In this document: piece after piece, positions 1 to 12,785 of the stretch
How positions within the stretch are numbered: position 1 is the stretch's first letter
Layout of the letters: every line of letters begins with the position of its first letter
The notes under the pieces: generated by a model
What the model was told of the DNA's origin: nothing
What the model saw: only the letters and a program-made list of their open reading frames with translations
Database searches by the model: none
Translations under genes and position numbers: made by a program
From: an uncultured Oscillospiraceae bacterium
Lineage (GTDB): Bacteria; Bacillota; Clostridia; Oscillospirales; Ruminococcaceae
DNA length: 64,000 nt
Direction: 5' to 3'
NCBI GenBank assembly: GCA_900547385.1
Contig: URGQ01000002.1
Coordinates: 114,475 to 178,474, forward strand

Positions 1-17
1 ATCGTGATTTACAAACA

Positions 18-791
18 GTGAAAACCACCGCGTGGCTTTCACTGGCGGCTATGCTGTTTTGCGTGGCGTGTGTTTATCTCGTCGTCACGCTGCTTTCCCG
101 CCGCGCCATCGATCCGGTGGTGAAGGCCAGCAAAAAACAAAAGCAATTCATCACCGATGCCAGCCATGAACTAAAAACTCCCATCACCGTTATCGCTACC
201 AGCCTAAAAGTGCTGGAGATGGAGACCGGCGAGAACAAATGGATCGATAAATCGCTGGCACAGACCGAAAAACTGCGGGACCTTGTCAATTCGCTGGTGA
301 GCCTTTCCCGCATGGACGAGGAGCAGAGTCCATTGAAGATGTGCGACTTTTCTCTATCCGATGCAGTAAGTGAAACAGTAGGCTCCTTTGCGGACTTTGC
401 TGCAGCAAACGGTCACATGTTGACCGCAGAGATCGCCCCGGAGATACTCTACCATGGTGACGAATATGCCATTCGACAGATGGTTTCTATTCTGCTTGAT
501 AATGCGGTGAAATATGCAAGCGATGGTTCTCCGATCCGTCTGACGCTGGAGAAAGGGAAAAAAGGACCTGTGCTGCGCACTGTGAACTGCTGTGAGGGGC
601 TGACCCAGCAACAGGCGGATAAGCTGTTTGACCGCTTTTACCGTGTGGATCAATCGCGAACGACCGGAGGGTTTGGAATCGGACTTTCGATGGCACGCAG
701 TATTGCAGAGGGGCACAAGGGGAGTATTAAGGCGACCTGCCGTGAGGAAAACAAAATTGAATTTACGGTTTCACTGGGCAAATGCGTTTGA
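18..791 (+). CDS. Sensor histidine kinase, C-terminal portion; the 5' end lies outside the window
   Basis: H-box FITDASHELKTPITVI and HATPase_c motifs (LLDNAVKYA N-box, GGFGIGLSMA G-box); the frame is open to the window edge. Confidence 0.85.
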   Translation: MKTTAWLSLAAMLFCVACVYLVVTLLSRRAIDPVVKASKKQKQFITDASHELKTPITVIATSLKVLEMETGENKWIDKSLAQTEKLRDLVNSLVSLSRMDEEQSPLKMCDFSLSDAVSETVGSFADFAAANGHMLTAEIAPEILYHGDEYAIRQMVSILLDNAVKYASDGSPIRLTLEKGKKGPVLRTVNCCEGLTQQQADKLFDRFYRVDQSRTTGGFGIGLSMARSIAEGHKGSIKATCREENKIEFTVSLGKCV

Positions 792-804
792 AGCAAAAGG
801 AAGC

Positions 805-836
805 AGAGTGGAAAAGCTCTGCTTCTTTTTGAAATT
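805..836 (+). terminator. Rho-independent terminator after the kinase gene
   Basis: GAAGCAGAG-N7-CTCTGCTTC stem followed by TTTTTG. Confidence 0.5.
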
Positions 837-948
837 GAACGGCGAAAATTTGTTCTTTCTCTATTGAACCACCGAGGCAATTCTGATAAAATAGGGGAGT
901 AGGACATAGCGAGAACCCCCGCTGCATAAGTTGGGACGGGGTGATGGA

Positions 949-1671
949 ATGGAGAAGCTATGGTACAAAGCAGTAATGATCTTTGCATTTTCGATGACTG
1001 TGGTGGCAGCCGGGTATTTTCTTACAGGGTTGAACGATCAACTGGCACAGCAAGTGCAATCCGGTGCAGTGGATAATATGTCGGTAGTGGTGCTGGATGC
1101 CGGTCACGGCGGTATGGACGGCGGAGCAACCGCTGCGGGGGTGCGTGAGTGTGAGATCAATTTGTCAATTGCCCAAAAGGCGCGCGATTTTTTAACACTG
1201 ATGGGATACCGTGTGGTGATGACCCGCGAGAACGATACGCTGCTTGCAGATGAGGGCGCTGGAACGGTTCGGGCGCAGAAACGCAGCGATTTGAAAAATC
1301 GATTGGAGATCATGGAAGGGACCCCCAACTCGGTAGGGGTGAGTATTCACCAGAACCATTTTTCACAGTCCTATGTGCACGGGGCGCAGGTCTTTTACGG
1401 CAAAGCGGACGGCAGCCGAGAGCTGGCGGAGCGGATCCAAAAGAATATAGCGACATATTTGCAGACCGACAATAAACGCAAGATTAAGGAAGCAGATTCA
1501 TCGCTGTTTATCTTGAATAACAACAGAGCCAACCCCTCAGTGATGGTAGAATGCGGTTTTTTATCAAACCCAAAGGATATGGAAGATCTGCAGCAGGAGA
1601 AATACCAGGGTATGCTGGCTTTTTTGATTACCGTCTCACTGATGGAATACGAACACGCCCCGCAGGGATAG
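949..1671 (+). CDS. cwlD: N-acetylmuramoyl-L-alanine amidase, CwlD-like (germination-specific)
   Basis: Amidase_3 motif VVLDAGHGGMDGGA, N-terminal TM helix, about 240 aa, sporulation context; ATG at 949 with a GGGGTGA SD upstream. Confidence 0.8.
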   Translation: MEKLWYKAVMIFAFSMTVVAAGYFLTGLNDQLAQQVQSGAVDNMSVVVLDAGHGGMDGGATAAGVRECEINLSIAQKARDFLTLMGYRVVMTRENDTLLADEGAGTVRAQKRSDLKNRLEIMEGTPNSVGVSIHQNHFSQSYVHGAQVFYGKADGSRELAERIQKNIATYLQTDNKRKIKEADSSLFILNNNRANPSVMVECGFLSNPKDMEDLQQEKYQGMLAFLITVSLMEYEHAPQG

Positions 1672-1693
1672 CAGCGTAAAGAAAGGAAACAGC

Positions 1694-3076
1694 ATGGCAG
1701 TAAAAGAAATAAAAGAGAAAAGTATTTATGTCTGTACCGAGTGCGGTTACGAGAGCGCCAAATGGCAGGGGCGGTGCCCAGATTGCGGTAACTGGAACAC
1801 CCTGGTGGAGGAAACACGCATTATAGGTAAGGAGAAAAAGGGCGCGCCTGCAATGCAGCGGGAGGCTTCGCCGGTGATGGCATTGGATACTGTTAATGCT
1901 GATGAATCGGTGCGGTACCATACCGGCATGGAGGAGCTGGACCGGGTACTGGGTGGCGGCATTGTGCCGGGTGCGGCGATCCTGGTCTGCGGCGATCCGG
2001 GGATCGGTAAATCCACAGTACTGCTGCAGATGTGCCGTACCCTGGAGGAGCATTTGCAGGTTTTGTATGTTTCCGGCGAGGAAAGCCCCCGGCAGATTAA
2101 GCTGCGGGCCAACCGGCTGGGAGTGACCGGGGAAAAGGTGTTGCTGACGGCGGCCACCGATGCCGAACAGATAAGAGAGACGATACTGGAGAACAAGCCC
2201 GATATTGTGGTGGTGGATTCCATCCAGACCCTTTCGGTCGCCAGCGTCAGCTCCTCACCGGGCAGCGTTTCGCAGGTGAGAGAATCGGCTATGCTGCTGA
2301 TCGACACCTGCAAGGGACAGGAAATCCCGTTGTTCATTGTGGGGCATGTGAACAAGGACGGCAATATTGCGGGCCCGAAGGTGCTGGAGCATATGGTGGA
2401 TACAGTCCTTTACTTTGAGGGGGATAAAAACCTGAGCTACCGCATTCTGCGGGCCAATAAAAACCGCTTTGGGTCCACCAACGAGATCGGCGTTTTTGAG
2501 ATGGGGCAGAACGGCCTGCGTGAGGTGCCGAACCCCAGCGAGGCATTGCTTTCCGGCAGACCATTGGACTGCAGCGGAAGCTGCATTACCTGCCTGATGG
2601 AGGGTACCAGGCCCATTTTGGTGGAGATACAGGCGCTGGTGACCAAAACCAGCTTTGGCAACCCGCGGCGGGTGGCTACTGGCTTTGATATGAACCGCAC
2701 GGCGATGCTGCTGGCAGTGCTGGAAAAGCGCGCGGGCTTTTATATGGGGAACCTGGATGTCTTTGTGAACGCGGCGGGCGGTATGCGGGCGGACGAGCCC
2801 TCCGCTGACCTGGCGGTGGCGATGGCGGTACTGAGCAACCTGCTGGATAAGGTGATCCCCGATGATATGCTGCTGCTGGGCGAGATCGGCTTGGCGGGGG
2901 AGATCCGCTCCACGCCGCAGGTGCAGCAGCGGGTAGGGGAGGGCTACCGGCTGGGCTTCCGGCGCTTTCTGGTGCCGAAAAGCTCAATGAAGACAATGAA
3001 CGCGGCAGACTACCCCGAGGCGGAGTTTCTGCCGGTGGGTCAGTTGAGTGAAGCTGTGCGGCTGCTGCGAAACTAA
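1694..3076 (+). CDS. radA: DNA repair protein RadA/Sms
   Basis: N-terminal C4 zinc ribbon CTECGYESAKWQGRCPDCGNW, Walker A GDPGIGKST, Lon-like C-terminal domain. Confidence 0.95.
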   Translation: MAVKEIKEKSIYVCTECGYESAKWQGRCPDCGNWNTLVEETRIIGKEKKGAPAMQREASPVMALDTVNADESVRYHTGMEELDRVLGGGIVPGAAILVCGDPGIGKSTVLLQMCRTLEEHLQVLYVSGEESPRQIKLRANRLGVTGEKVLLTAATDAEQIRETILENKPDIVVVDSIQTLSVASVSSSPGSVSQVRESAMLLIDTCKGQEIPLFIVGHVNKDGNIAGPKVLEHMVDTVLYFEGDKNLSYRILRANKNRFGSTNEIGVFEMGQNGLREVPNPSEALLSGRPLDCSGSCITCLMEGTRPILVEIQALVTKTSFGNPRRVATGFDMNRTAMLLAVLEKRAGFYMGNLDVFVNAAGGMRADEPSADLAVAMAVLSNLLDKVIPDDMLLLGEIGLAGEIRSTPQVQQRVGEGYRLGFRRFLVPKSSMKTMNAADYPEAEFLPVGQLSEAVRLLRN

Positions 3077-3337
3077 CAGAATAGACAAAAATTGACGGTT
3101 TATCAGATGGTAGGCCGTCTTTTTTTTGAAAATTTGTAGTGAAAATGCACAATGAATAACAGAAAATTTATGCTGATATGTAAAATCGCATATAAAGATA
3201 TTGACAGAGGTGGGGGGGGCGGAGTATATTGTAATTAAATTGGTCGGCCAACCATTTTAAGTACGAAAATGTAATCCAAGGAAAGGTGCTGCTGAAGGGG
3301 GAAGAACCGGAGGCGGCAAAAAGGAGGATTTATTTTA

Positions 3338-5133
3338 TGTTGAGTTTCTGGCGTGCAATTTTCTATTCGTCCTTACTCGACCCGATTTTTACGGCAGTAG
3401 CCTCTGCACTGGGTGTAACAAAGCAGGTGTGTAAGGAGTACTGCACCAGCGGTGTTATGGAGTATGGTCTTACCATGCTGCTGATTGTGCTGGCGGTCAT
3501 TCTGGTCATCGTTCTTATCCGTGTATTTGGTCTACTGAACGGCGGCAACCTAAGCGGTAAGTACAACCCCGAGAGCCTGGAAAAGGTGAAGAGCAGTCCT
3601 CTTGCGGGCAAGAACATCGTTTTCCTGGGCTCTTCCGTCACCAAGGGCTTTGCGGCCTATGGCAAGTCTTTCGTTGACATGATCGCCGCCCGCACCGGCG
3701 CTACCTGTGTGAAGGAAGCAGTAAGTGGTACTACTCTGGTGGACGACAACGCCAAGAGCTATGTGGCTCGTCTGAAGGCGCTGGACCCCAAGACCCCCTG
3801 CGACCTGTTTGTATGCCAGCTTTCCACTAACGATGCTACCAAGAAGAAGCCTTTGGGCAAGGTAGCGGTTGCCGGTGAAGCCTATGATACCAAGACCATC
3901 TGCGGCGCGATCGAGTACATCATCGACTACGCCAAGAAGACCTGGAATTGCCCCATTGCGTTCTATACTAACCCCGAGTATGCTTCTCCCGAGTATAAGG
4001 ACATGGTGGAGGCGCTGTATGCCATCGCCAAGAAGTGGGATGTTGCGGTAATCGACCTGTGGAACGACCGTGAGCTGAACACCAAGGAAGCGAAGAAGCG
4101 TTCCTGCATGAACGACCAGATTCACCCCACCAAGAAGGGTTATGCCCTGTGGACCCCTGTTATGGAAGCGGCCCTTGGTAATGTGGTAGAGGGTAAGGCC
4201 GTACCCGCTCGTCCCAAGACCGAGCCGGCTGTGACCCGTGAGGAAGTGGCGAAGAAGAAGAGCGGCCGCACCACCAAGAAGGTTATCCTGCGCATCCTGG
4301 CCGCTATCCTGGCAATCATCATTGTAGTTGGCGCCAGCACGGTTCAGCAGCTGTTTGCTGTTACCGGCATGAAGAATGAAGGTAATAGTGATACCTATAA
4401 TCCTGAAAATGTTACCATGAAGGCTGATAGCCCCATCAAGGGCAAGAAGCTGCTATGGTTGGGCTCCTCGGTATTCCAGGGCTTTGGCGCTCGTAATACC
4501 TCCCCGGCACTTTGGATCGATGCGATGGATGGTACGATCTCTACTATTGAAGTTAAGGGCGGTACCTTCCTTGCTTCCATCGACGGTTCTATCGGCGGCG
4601 GTGTTGCTGGTTCCATTTCGGCTGACTCGTCCTATATCAACCGTCTGCGCAACCATACTGCCGAGACTGATCCCGATCTGGATCTGGTAGTGGTTCAGCT
4701 CTCCACTAATGACTCCAAGGGTCAGTGCGAGACCGGCGTAGTAAGCGACAGCTTTGATCCTGCGACCTTTGATGAAGTAACCACCACCGGTGCGCTGGAA
4801 GCGATCATTGCGTACGCTAAGGAAACCTGGGGTGCTCGTGTTCTGGTTATCACCGGCACTTACTTTGAGGATGAAATGACCTATTCCGGCGGACAGAATG
4901 CAGAGATTTACAAGACCATGATCGAGCGATGCCATGAGCTGGACGAAAAGTGGGGCGATGACTTCACCGTTTTGGATCTGTGGCACAATGATGCGATGTA
5001 TGAGAATGTTAAGACCGGCGATGCTCTGTGGAGATCCTACATGAGCGATGCCATCCATCCTACCAAGAAGGGCTATCTTGAGTGGTGGGGTCCGTACATT
5101 GAAGCACAGCTGTACGAGATGCTTGCTGACTGA
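3338..5133 (+). CDS. Membrane-anchored tandem SGNH/GDSL-family hydrolase (two repeated units, each TM helix + linker + SGNH domain)
   Basis: AAAGGAGG SD before the ATG at 3338. Two TM segments (LTMLLIVLAVILVIVLI and ILRILAAILAIIIVVGA). Each is followed by a homologous linker (KYNPESLEKVKSSPLAGKNIVFLGSS versus TYNPENVTMKADSPIKGKKLLWLGSS) and by the SGNH blocks GSS...TND...DxIHPTKKGY. Confidence 0.75.
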
Positions 5134-5168
5134 TTTAGTTAGACATTCTCCTCTTGTGAACATATAGA

Positions 5169-5208
5169 AAAGGCCGGAGCCTCTTAAGGGGCTCCGGCCT
5201 TTTGCTGT
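5169..5208. terminator. Bidirectional terminator between convergent genes
   Basis: GGCCGGAGCC-tcttaagg-GGCTCCGGCC stem flanked by an A-run and a T-run. Confidence 0.55.
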
Positions 5209-5718
5209 TCAGCGGCAGCAACCGGCCATGTGGATGAGTTTTTGCAGGCATTCGGCGTGCAGGGTTTCATCATCAGCCAGGCGTTCCAGCAGGGGACACA
5301 GAGCGGCATTGCAGCAGAGACGGGCCGCAGAGCGGTAGGCATCGGCGGCATCCAGTTCGGCGCGCATATCGCCCAGCAGCATACAGCAGGGATCGGTGGC
5401 GTAATTGACAAGGCCAGCGTGCCAGTATTGCTTCTGTGCCGGACGGATAAACTGGGGGTCACCGCCCATCATGGTAATGCACCGTCCCAACAGCGAGATG
5501 TGGCGCATCTCCACCATATTGATCTTGCCGATGGCTTCGGCAATTTCCGGACGGCAGCTGCTCAGGATGGTGCTCTGGTAGCTGTACTGCATGGTGGTGG
5601 TTAGCTCGCTGGTACGGCCGGAGTAGAATTCAGTCAGCATGCGCAGATCGGCGGTGTTGTAGCACAGGCATTCCGGCATGGGGTAGCCCTGCGACGCCTG
5701 AAAGATCATTTCCTGCAT
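5209..5718 (-). CDS. Ferritin-like / Mn-catalase-family (CotJC-like) di-metal protein, about 170 aa
   Basis: Two ExxH motifs (EMRHISLL, DETLHAECL) typical of ferritin-like four-helix bundles. ATG at 5718 preceded by GGAGGTG. Divergent from the sporulation gene yunB. Confidence 0.5.
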   Translation of the reverse strand: MQEMIFQASQGYPMPECLCYNTADLRMLTEFYSGRTSELTTTMQYSYQSTILSSCRPEIAEAIGKINMVEMRHISLLGRCITMMGGDPQFIRPAQKQYWHAGLVNYATDPCCMLLGDMRAELDAADAYRSAARLCCNAALCPLLERLADDETLHAECLQKLIHMAGCCR

Positions 5719-5812
5719 AGAATCACCTCCTGATGGCATCTTATGCAAAATAGCGGAAAGGGGGAACATCCCGCCGGTGCTGAGAATATACTGCCCCAAA
5801 AGGGGGAGTGCC

Positions 5813-6511
5813 GCAGTGAGGATAAAGCACCATGCAAGCAGGCGAAAAATGCAGAATATAAAGTGGGGCAAAGTGCTAGTGCTTCTCAGTCTGGTGGGGG
5901 GGATTATCGCATTGGATATGGGCATAAGGCCAATGGTACGGGAAGCGGCGGCCAGCCAGACGCAGATTGCGGTGAACCGGATGATCCAGCGGGCGGTACT
6001 GGAGGTGCTGGAAGAGGACGGGCTGCGGTATCAATCTTTTGTTAGCCTTCAGCAGAACCAAAGCGGGGAGACCACCGCCCTAATCACTGATACGGTGCTG
6101 ATCAACCGTCTGCAGGGGGAGCTGCTGGAGAAGATATTGCAGACGCTGCAGCAGTACCGTGAACTGAAGCTGGAACTGCCGCTGGGAAGCCTAACGGGGA
6201 TTCAGTTCCTGGCGGGACGGGGGCCGCTGGTAGCGCTTCAGCTGCGGCCGGTGGGGCTGGTCAAGACCAAGATCATCAATCAGTTTGACGAGGCAGGCAT
6301 CAACCAGACAAGGCATCGGATTCAATTGCAGGTAACGGTGGATATGCTCTCACTGCTGCCGGGGTATCGCATCAGCAGCCAGGCGCAATGCAATGTGATC
6401 TTGGCGGAGACGATTATAGTGGGACTGGTGCCGGATGCCTATACCGAGGTGTATGGCGGCACTGATGACCTGGTGGGCATGATACAGGACTACGGCGCGC
6501 TGGTGGGGTGA
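5813..6511 (+). CDS. yunB: Sporulation protein YunB
   Basis: Homology across the whole length to YunB (N-terminal TM helix, conserved LPLGSLTG...QFDEAGINQT region). Probable GTG start at 5813 after AAAGGGGGAG, with an alternative ATG at 5849. Confidence 0.8.
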   Translation, partial: AVRIKHHASRRKMQNIKWGKVLVLLSLVGGIIALDMGIRPMVREAAASQTQIAVNRMIQRAVLEVLEEDGLRYQSFVSLQQNQSGETTALITDTVLINRLQGELLEKILQTLQQYRELKLELPLGSLTGIQFLAGRGPLVALQLRPVGLVKTKIINQFDEAGINQTRHRIQLQVTVDMLSLLPGYRISSQAQCNVILAETIIVGLVPDAYTEVYGGTDDLVGMIQDYGALVG

Positions 6512-8581
<2,070 letters not shown>

Positions 8582-8586
8582 AAAAT

Positions 8587-8856
8587 ATGGAGATCGATAT
8601 CAAGAAAATCGCGAAGCTCTCACGGCTGGCCATTGAGCCGGAGCGAGAGGAAAAATTCCAGAAGGATATGCAGAACATCATTGAGATGGTGGAGCGGCTG
8701 CCAGAAATGGAGATTGGGGATCTTTCCCCCAAGGTAGAAGACACCATGACGCTTCGGGAGGATGTGGTGGAACCTTCTCTGCCGCGGGATGAAGTGCTGA
8801 AGAATGCTCCGCAGGTGGCGGCCGGCTGTGTGGTGGTGCCAAAGACGGTAGGTTAA
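8587..8856 (+). CDS. gatC: Asp-tRNA(Asn)/Glu-tRNA(Gln) amidotransferase subunit C
   Basis: About 89 aa, GatC-like N-terminus, immediately upstream of gatA and gatB. Confidence 0.9.
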   Translation: MEIDIKKIAKLSRLAIEPEREEKFQKDMQNIIEMVERLPEMEIGDLSPKVEDTMTLREDVVEPSLPRDEVLKNAPQVAAGCVVVPKTVG

Positions 8857-8880
8857 CAAGAGGGAAAGGAAGTGGACAAC

Positions 8881-10338
8881 ATGGATCTGTATAAACTGAC
8901 CGGCGGCGAACTGCACCGGCTGATGAAGGAGAAGAGGGTTTCCGCGGTGGAAGTGACTGAGGATACCTTTGCCCGCATTGCCAAAGTGGAGAATGGAATT
9001 GGCGCTTTCATTACCGCCACTCCGGAGGAAGCAATGAAAACGGCCCAAGCGGTGGATAAAAAGATAGCAGCAGGAGAGGAGCTGCACCCCCTGGCCGGTA
9101 TCCCCATCGGAATTAAGGATAACATCTGCACCAAGGATATCAAGACGACCTGCGCCAGCAAAATGCTGGAGAATTTTGTGCCGCCCTATGATGCGACGGT
9201 CATCACCAAGCTGAAGGCTGTGGACTATGTGATGACCGGCAAGATGAACATGGACGAATTCGCCATGGGTTCCTCCTGTGAGAACTCGGCGTTCCATATC
9301 ACCCATAACCCCCACGGGTTGGATAAGGTGCCTGGTGGTTCTTCCGGCGGTTCCGCGGCGGCGGTGGCGGCTGGCGAAGCTGTACTGACCCTGGGCAGTG
9401 ATACCGGCGGTTCTATTCGTGAGCCTGCCGCCTATTGCGGTATTATTGGCCTGAAGCCCACCTATGGCGCGGTAAGCCGCTACGGCTTGGTGGCGTTTGC
9501 TTCCTCGCTGGATCAGATTGGTCCGATGGGACGCAGCGTAGAGGATGTAGCGAACCTGTTCTATACCATCAGTGGACAGGACCCCTACGATGCTACCAGC
9601 ATGCCAACCCATTACCCAAAGACCGCCGAGGGACTGGGATATGACCTGGCGGGTCTGCGCATTGGCGTTCCCAAGGAGTTCTATAAGCACGCGGATGTAG
9701 CGGTAGGTGCTGCCATTTGGCAGGTTATCCGCACGCTGGAGGCCCGTGGCGCCAAGGTGGTGGATATCAGCTTGCCCAGCACCGAGTACGGCCTTTCCGC
9801 CTATTACATCATTTCCTCGGCGGAAGCATCCTCCAACCTTTCCCGTTTTGACGGTGTGAAGTATGGCTTCCGCGCGGAAAACTACACCGACCTGAACGAT
9901 ATGTATGAAAAGACCCGCAGCGAAGGCTTTGGCGATGAGGTAAAGCGACGCATTATGCTGGGTACTTTTGTGTTGTCCTCTGGTTACTACGATGCCTACT
10001 ACAAAAAGGCCAAGCTGTTCCAGCAGAAGGTGCGTGCCGAGTATGATGAGGCCTTCAAGCAGTGCGATGTTATTGTGACGCCCACCGCGCCGACCGCGGC
10101 CTTTAAGATTGGTGAGAATGTTCATGATCCTTTGAAGATGTACGCCAGTGATATCTGCACCATTACTGTGAATATTGCAGGCCTGCCGGCGCTTTCTCTG
10201 CCCATTGGCATGGACCATGAGATGCCGGTGGGAATGCAGCTCATTGGGCCGCATTTCTCGGAGGAGAAGCTCCTGGGCATTGCCAAGGAATTCGAGACCC
10301 TGCGCGGCGGCCTGTGCAAGGTAGCCACTGTGGTGTAA
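8881..10338 (+). CDS. gatA: Glutamyl-tRNA(Gln) amidotransferase subunit A
   Basis: Amidase signature GGSSGGSAAAVAAG. The ATG at 8881 follows an AGGAAGTGG SD; the ORF track begins at an upstream GTG. Confidence 0.95.
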   Translation: MDLYKLTGGELHRLMKEKRVSAVEVTEDTFARIAKVENGIGAFITATPEEAMKTAQAVDKKIAAGEELHPLAGIPIGIKDNICTKDIKTTCASKMLENFVPPYDATVITKLKAVDYVMTGKMNMDEFAMGSSCENSAFHITHNPHGLDKVPGGSSGGSAAAVAAGEAVLTLGSDTGGSIREPAAYCGIIGLKPTYGAVSRYGLVAFASSLDQIGPMGRSVEDVANLFYTISGQDPYDATSMPTHYPKTAEGLGYDLAGLRIGVPKEFYKHADVAVGAAIWQVIRTLEARGAKVVDISLPSTEYGLSAYYIISSAEASSNLSRFDGVKYGFRAENYTDLNDMYEKTRSEGFGDEVKRRIMLGTFVLSSGYYDAYYKKAKLFQQKVRAEYDEAFKQCDVIVTPTAPTAAFKIGENVHDPLKMYASDICTITVNIAGLPALSLPIGMDHEMPVGMQLIGPHFSEEKLLGIAKEFETLRGGLCKVATVV

Positions 10339-10353
10339 GGAAGGAGAAACAAC

Positions 10354-11793
10354 ATGAAATACGAAATTGTCGTTGGTCTGGAAGTTCATGCGGAGCTGAA
10401 TACCAAGACCAAGATCTACTGCGGATGCAAAAACTCCTTCGGCTCCATGGTCAATTCCAACTGCTGTCCTATCTGCACCGGCATGCCCGGTACTCTGCCC
10501 ACCTTAAATAAGAGTGTGGTGGACTATGCCGTGCGCATGGGCTATGCGCTGCATTGCAGTATCAATAATATTTGCAAGATGGACCGCAAAAACTACTTTT
10601 ATCCCGATCTGCCCAAAGCGTATCAGATTTCTCAGTTTGATATTCCGCTGTGTGAAAACGGTTATATTGACGCCATTGTAGATGAAGCGGGACACACCAA
10701 GCGTATTGGTGTGACCCGCATCCATATCGAGGAGGATGCCGGTAAGTTGATCCATTCCGATGATTTTGCGGGCAGCCTGGTGGACTTTAACCGCTGCGGC
10801 GTGCCGCTGATTGAGATCGTTTCCGAGCCGGATATGCGCTCCTCCGCCGAGGCAAAGGCCTACCTAGATACCATCAAGGCGACCTTGCAATATCTCGGTA
10901 TTTCCGACTGTAAGATGCAGGAGGGTTCTATCCGCTGTGATGTCAATGTATCGGTACGGCCGGAGGGCGCGACGGAATTTGGTACCCGTGTGGAGATGAA
11001 GAATGTGAACAGCTTCTCCGCTACGGTTCGTGCTATTGAGTACGAAGCCGCCCGCCAGATTGAAATTCTGGAAAACGGCGGGGAGATCCACCAAGAGACC
11101 CGCCGCTGGGATGACATCGCCGGGAAGAACATTCTGCTGCGCTCCAAGGAGGATGCGCAGGATTACCGCTATTTCCCCGAACCCGACCTCAAAACCATCT
11201 ATGTGGAGGAGAGCCGGCTGGAGGAGCTGAAGGCGAGCATTCCGGAGCTGCCCAACGATAAGCTGCTCCGCCTGATGAAACAGTATAAACTGCCTTACTT
11301 TGATGCCAATTTGATGGCGGAAAACCCCGATAAGGCGGATTACTTTGAGGCGGTGGCGGCGCTGGGCAAGTGCCAGCCGAAGAATATCAGTAACTGGCTG
11401 CTGGGCGATATTACTCGCATTATCAATGAAAAAAACCTCATCCTTGCCGATACTAAGCTTTCCACCGAGAAACTGGCGGATATGCTGGCGATGATTGAAA
11501 CGGGAGATATCTCCACCACCGCTGGCAAGACGGTGCTGGAGGAGATCATCTTCAGCGATAAGACCGCGGCAGAGGTGGTAGAGGAAAAGGGTCTGCGCCA
11601 AATGAACGATACCGGTGCGCTGGAGCAGGTCGTCAGTGATATTCTGGCAGCCAACCCCAAGGTGGTAGAGGACTACCGCGGCGGCAAGACCAATGCGCTA
11701 GGCTTCCTGGTAGGTCAGTGTATGAGAGCTTCCAAGGGCAAGGGCAACCCCAATATCCTGCGTGAGATGTTGGAAAAGGCGCTGAACAGTTAA
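10354..11793 (+). CDS. gatB: Aspartyl/glutamyl-tRNA amidotransferase subunit B
   Basis: GatB homology across the whole length (MKYEIVVGLEVHAEL...), with the C-terminal GatB/YqeY domain. Confidence 0.95.
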   Translation: MKYEIVVGLEVHAELNTKTKIYCGCKNSFGSMVNSNCCPICTGMPGTLPTLNKSVVDYAVRMGYALHCSINNICKMDRKNYFYPDLPKAYQISQFDIPLCENGYIDAIVDEAGHTKRIGVTRIHIEEDAGKLIHSDDFAGSLVDFNRCGVPLIEIVSEPDMRSSAEAKAYLDTIKATLQYLGISDCKMQEGSIRCDVNVSVRPEGATEFGTRVEMKNVNSFSATVRAIEYEAARQIEILENGGEIHQETRRWDDIAGKNILLRSKEDAQDYRYFPEPDLKTIYVEESRLEELKASIPELPNDKLLRLMKQYKLPYFDANLMAENPDKADYFEAVAALGKCQPKNISNWLLGDITRIINEKNLILADTKLSTEKLADMLAMIETGDISTTAGKTVLEEIIFSDKTAAEVVEEKGLRQMNDTGALEQVVSDILAANPKVVEDYRGGKTNALGFLVGQCMRASKGKGNPNILREMLEKALNS

Positions 11794-11804
11794 AAACTTT
11801 ACGG

Positions 11805-11845
11805 ATACAAAAAGACGGACTGCAAGGTGTGCAGCCCGTCTTTTT
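11805..11845. terminator. Bidirectional terminator between gatB and the convergent HAD gene
   Basis: AAAAAGACGGACTGC-aaggtg-GCAGCCCGTCTTTTTT. Confidence 0.55.
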
Positions 11846-11861
11846 TATCATCGGGAAGAGT

Positions 11862-12670
11862 TTAGGAGGAAGTCTTTTGCGCTTTGGCCGTTTTGGGGAT
11901 ATCGCCGACGCCATCCAGTACAATACTGGGGCGGTAGGCGTAGGTGTTCAGCGTTTCGCGGGTGGAAACGCCGGAAAGCACCAATACGGTGGACATGCCG
12001 CTTTCCAGACCAGAGATCACATCGGTATCCATGCGGTCGCCGACCATGACTGCCTCGGCGGAGTGGCATTGCAGCATGCGCAGGCCGGTGCGCATCATCA
12101 GGGGGTTGGGCTTGCCGCAGAAATAGGCCTGCTTGCCGGTGGCCATTTCGATGGGAGCGACCAGTGCGCGGCAGGCTGGAGCGATGCCGTCCTCGATGGG
12201 GCCGGAGACATCAGAATTGGCACCGATAAGTTTAGCGCCGGCCATGACCAGGTTGGTCGCTTTTGTCAGAGTATCCAACGAATAGGAGCGACCCTCGCCG
12301 ACCACAACATAATCGGGGTTAACATCATTCATTGTGATGCCGGCATCGTATAGGGCGTTCAGCAGCCCGGCCTCACCGATGGCGAAAACGGAGCATCCAG
12401 GGGCCTGCTCCCGAAGGAAGGCTGCTGTGGCCAAGGCGCTGGTGTAGAAATGTTCTTCCGGGACATCCAGCCCCATGCGTGCCAGTTTTTGATTCAGTTC
12501 CTTGGGGGTGTAGCCGCTGTTATTGGTTAGGAACAGATATTCCTTCTTTTCATCCTGCAGCCATTGGATAAATTCCCGTACGCCAGGCAGAATGCGGTTC
12601 CCGTAATAGATGACACCATCCATATCGCAGATGAAGCCTCTTTTCTGGTTAAAATCGAGTTTATTGCTCA
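11862..12670 (-). CDS. HAD-IIA family hydrolase (NagD/YutF-like sugar phosphatase)
   Basis: DMDGVIY motif I, GKP and GDRMDTD motifs. Start taken as the ATG beginning MSNKLDF; my reading of the frame upstream of this ATG does not agree with the supplied ORF track. Confidence 0.75.
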
Positions 12671-12785
12671 TAAGATGTGATCCTTCTTCCAATAGTATGG
12701 AATCATTATACCATTGGTTAGAGAGGAATTCCATCAACAAATTGCAAAATTTACGGCAAGAGAGGCACAAAGAAAGCCGTAATTC

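Noticed and set aside
8620-10389. 589-aa ORF antisense to gatA
   Set aside because: Shadow ORF in a high-GC coding region. It has no recognisable domain or RBS, whereas GatA on the plus strand has a clear amidase signature.
11829-12353. 174-aa plus-strand ORF antisense to the HAD hydrolase, and similar antisense ORFs (35434-36021, 48353-49246, 6578-7300)
   Set aside because: All lie fully inside well-supported genes on the opposite strand and have no motifs or translation signals.
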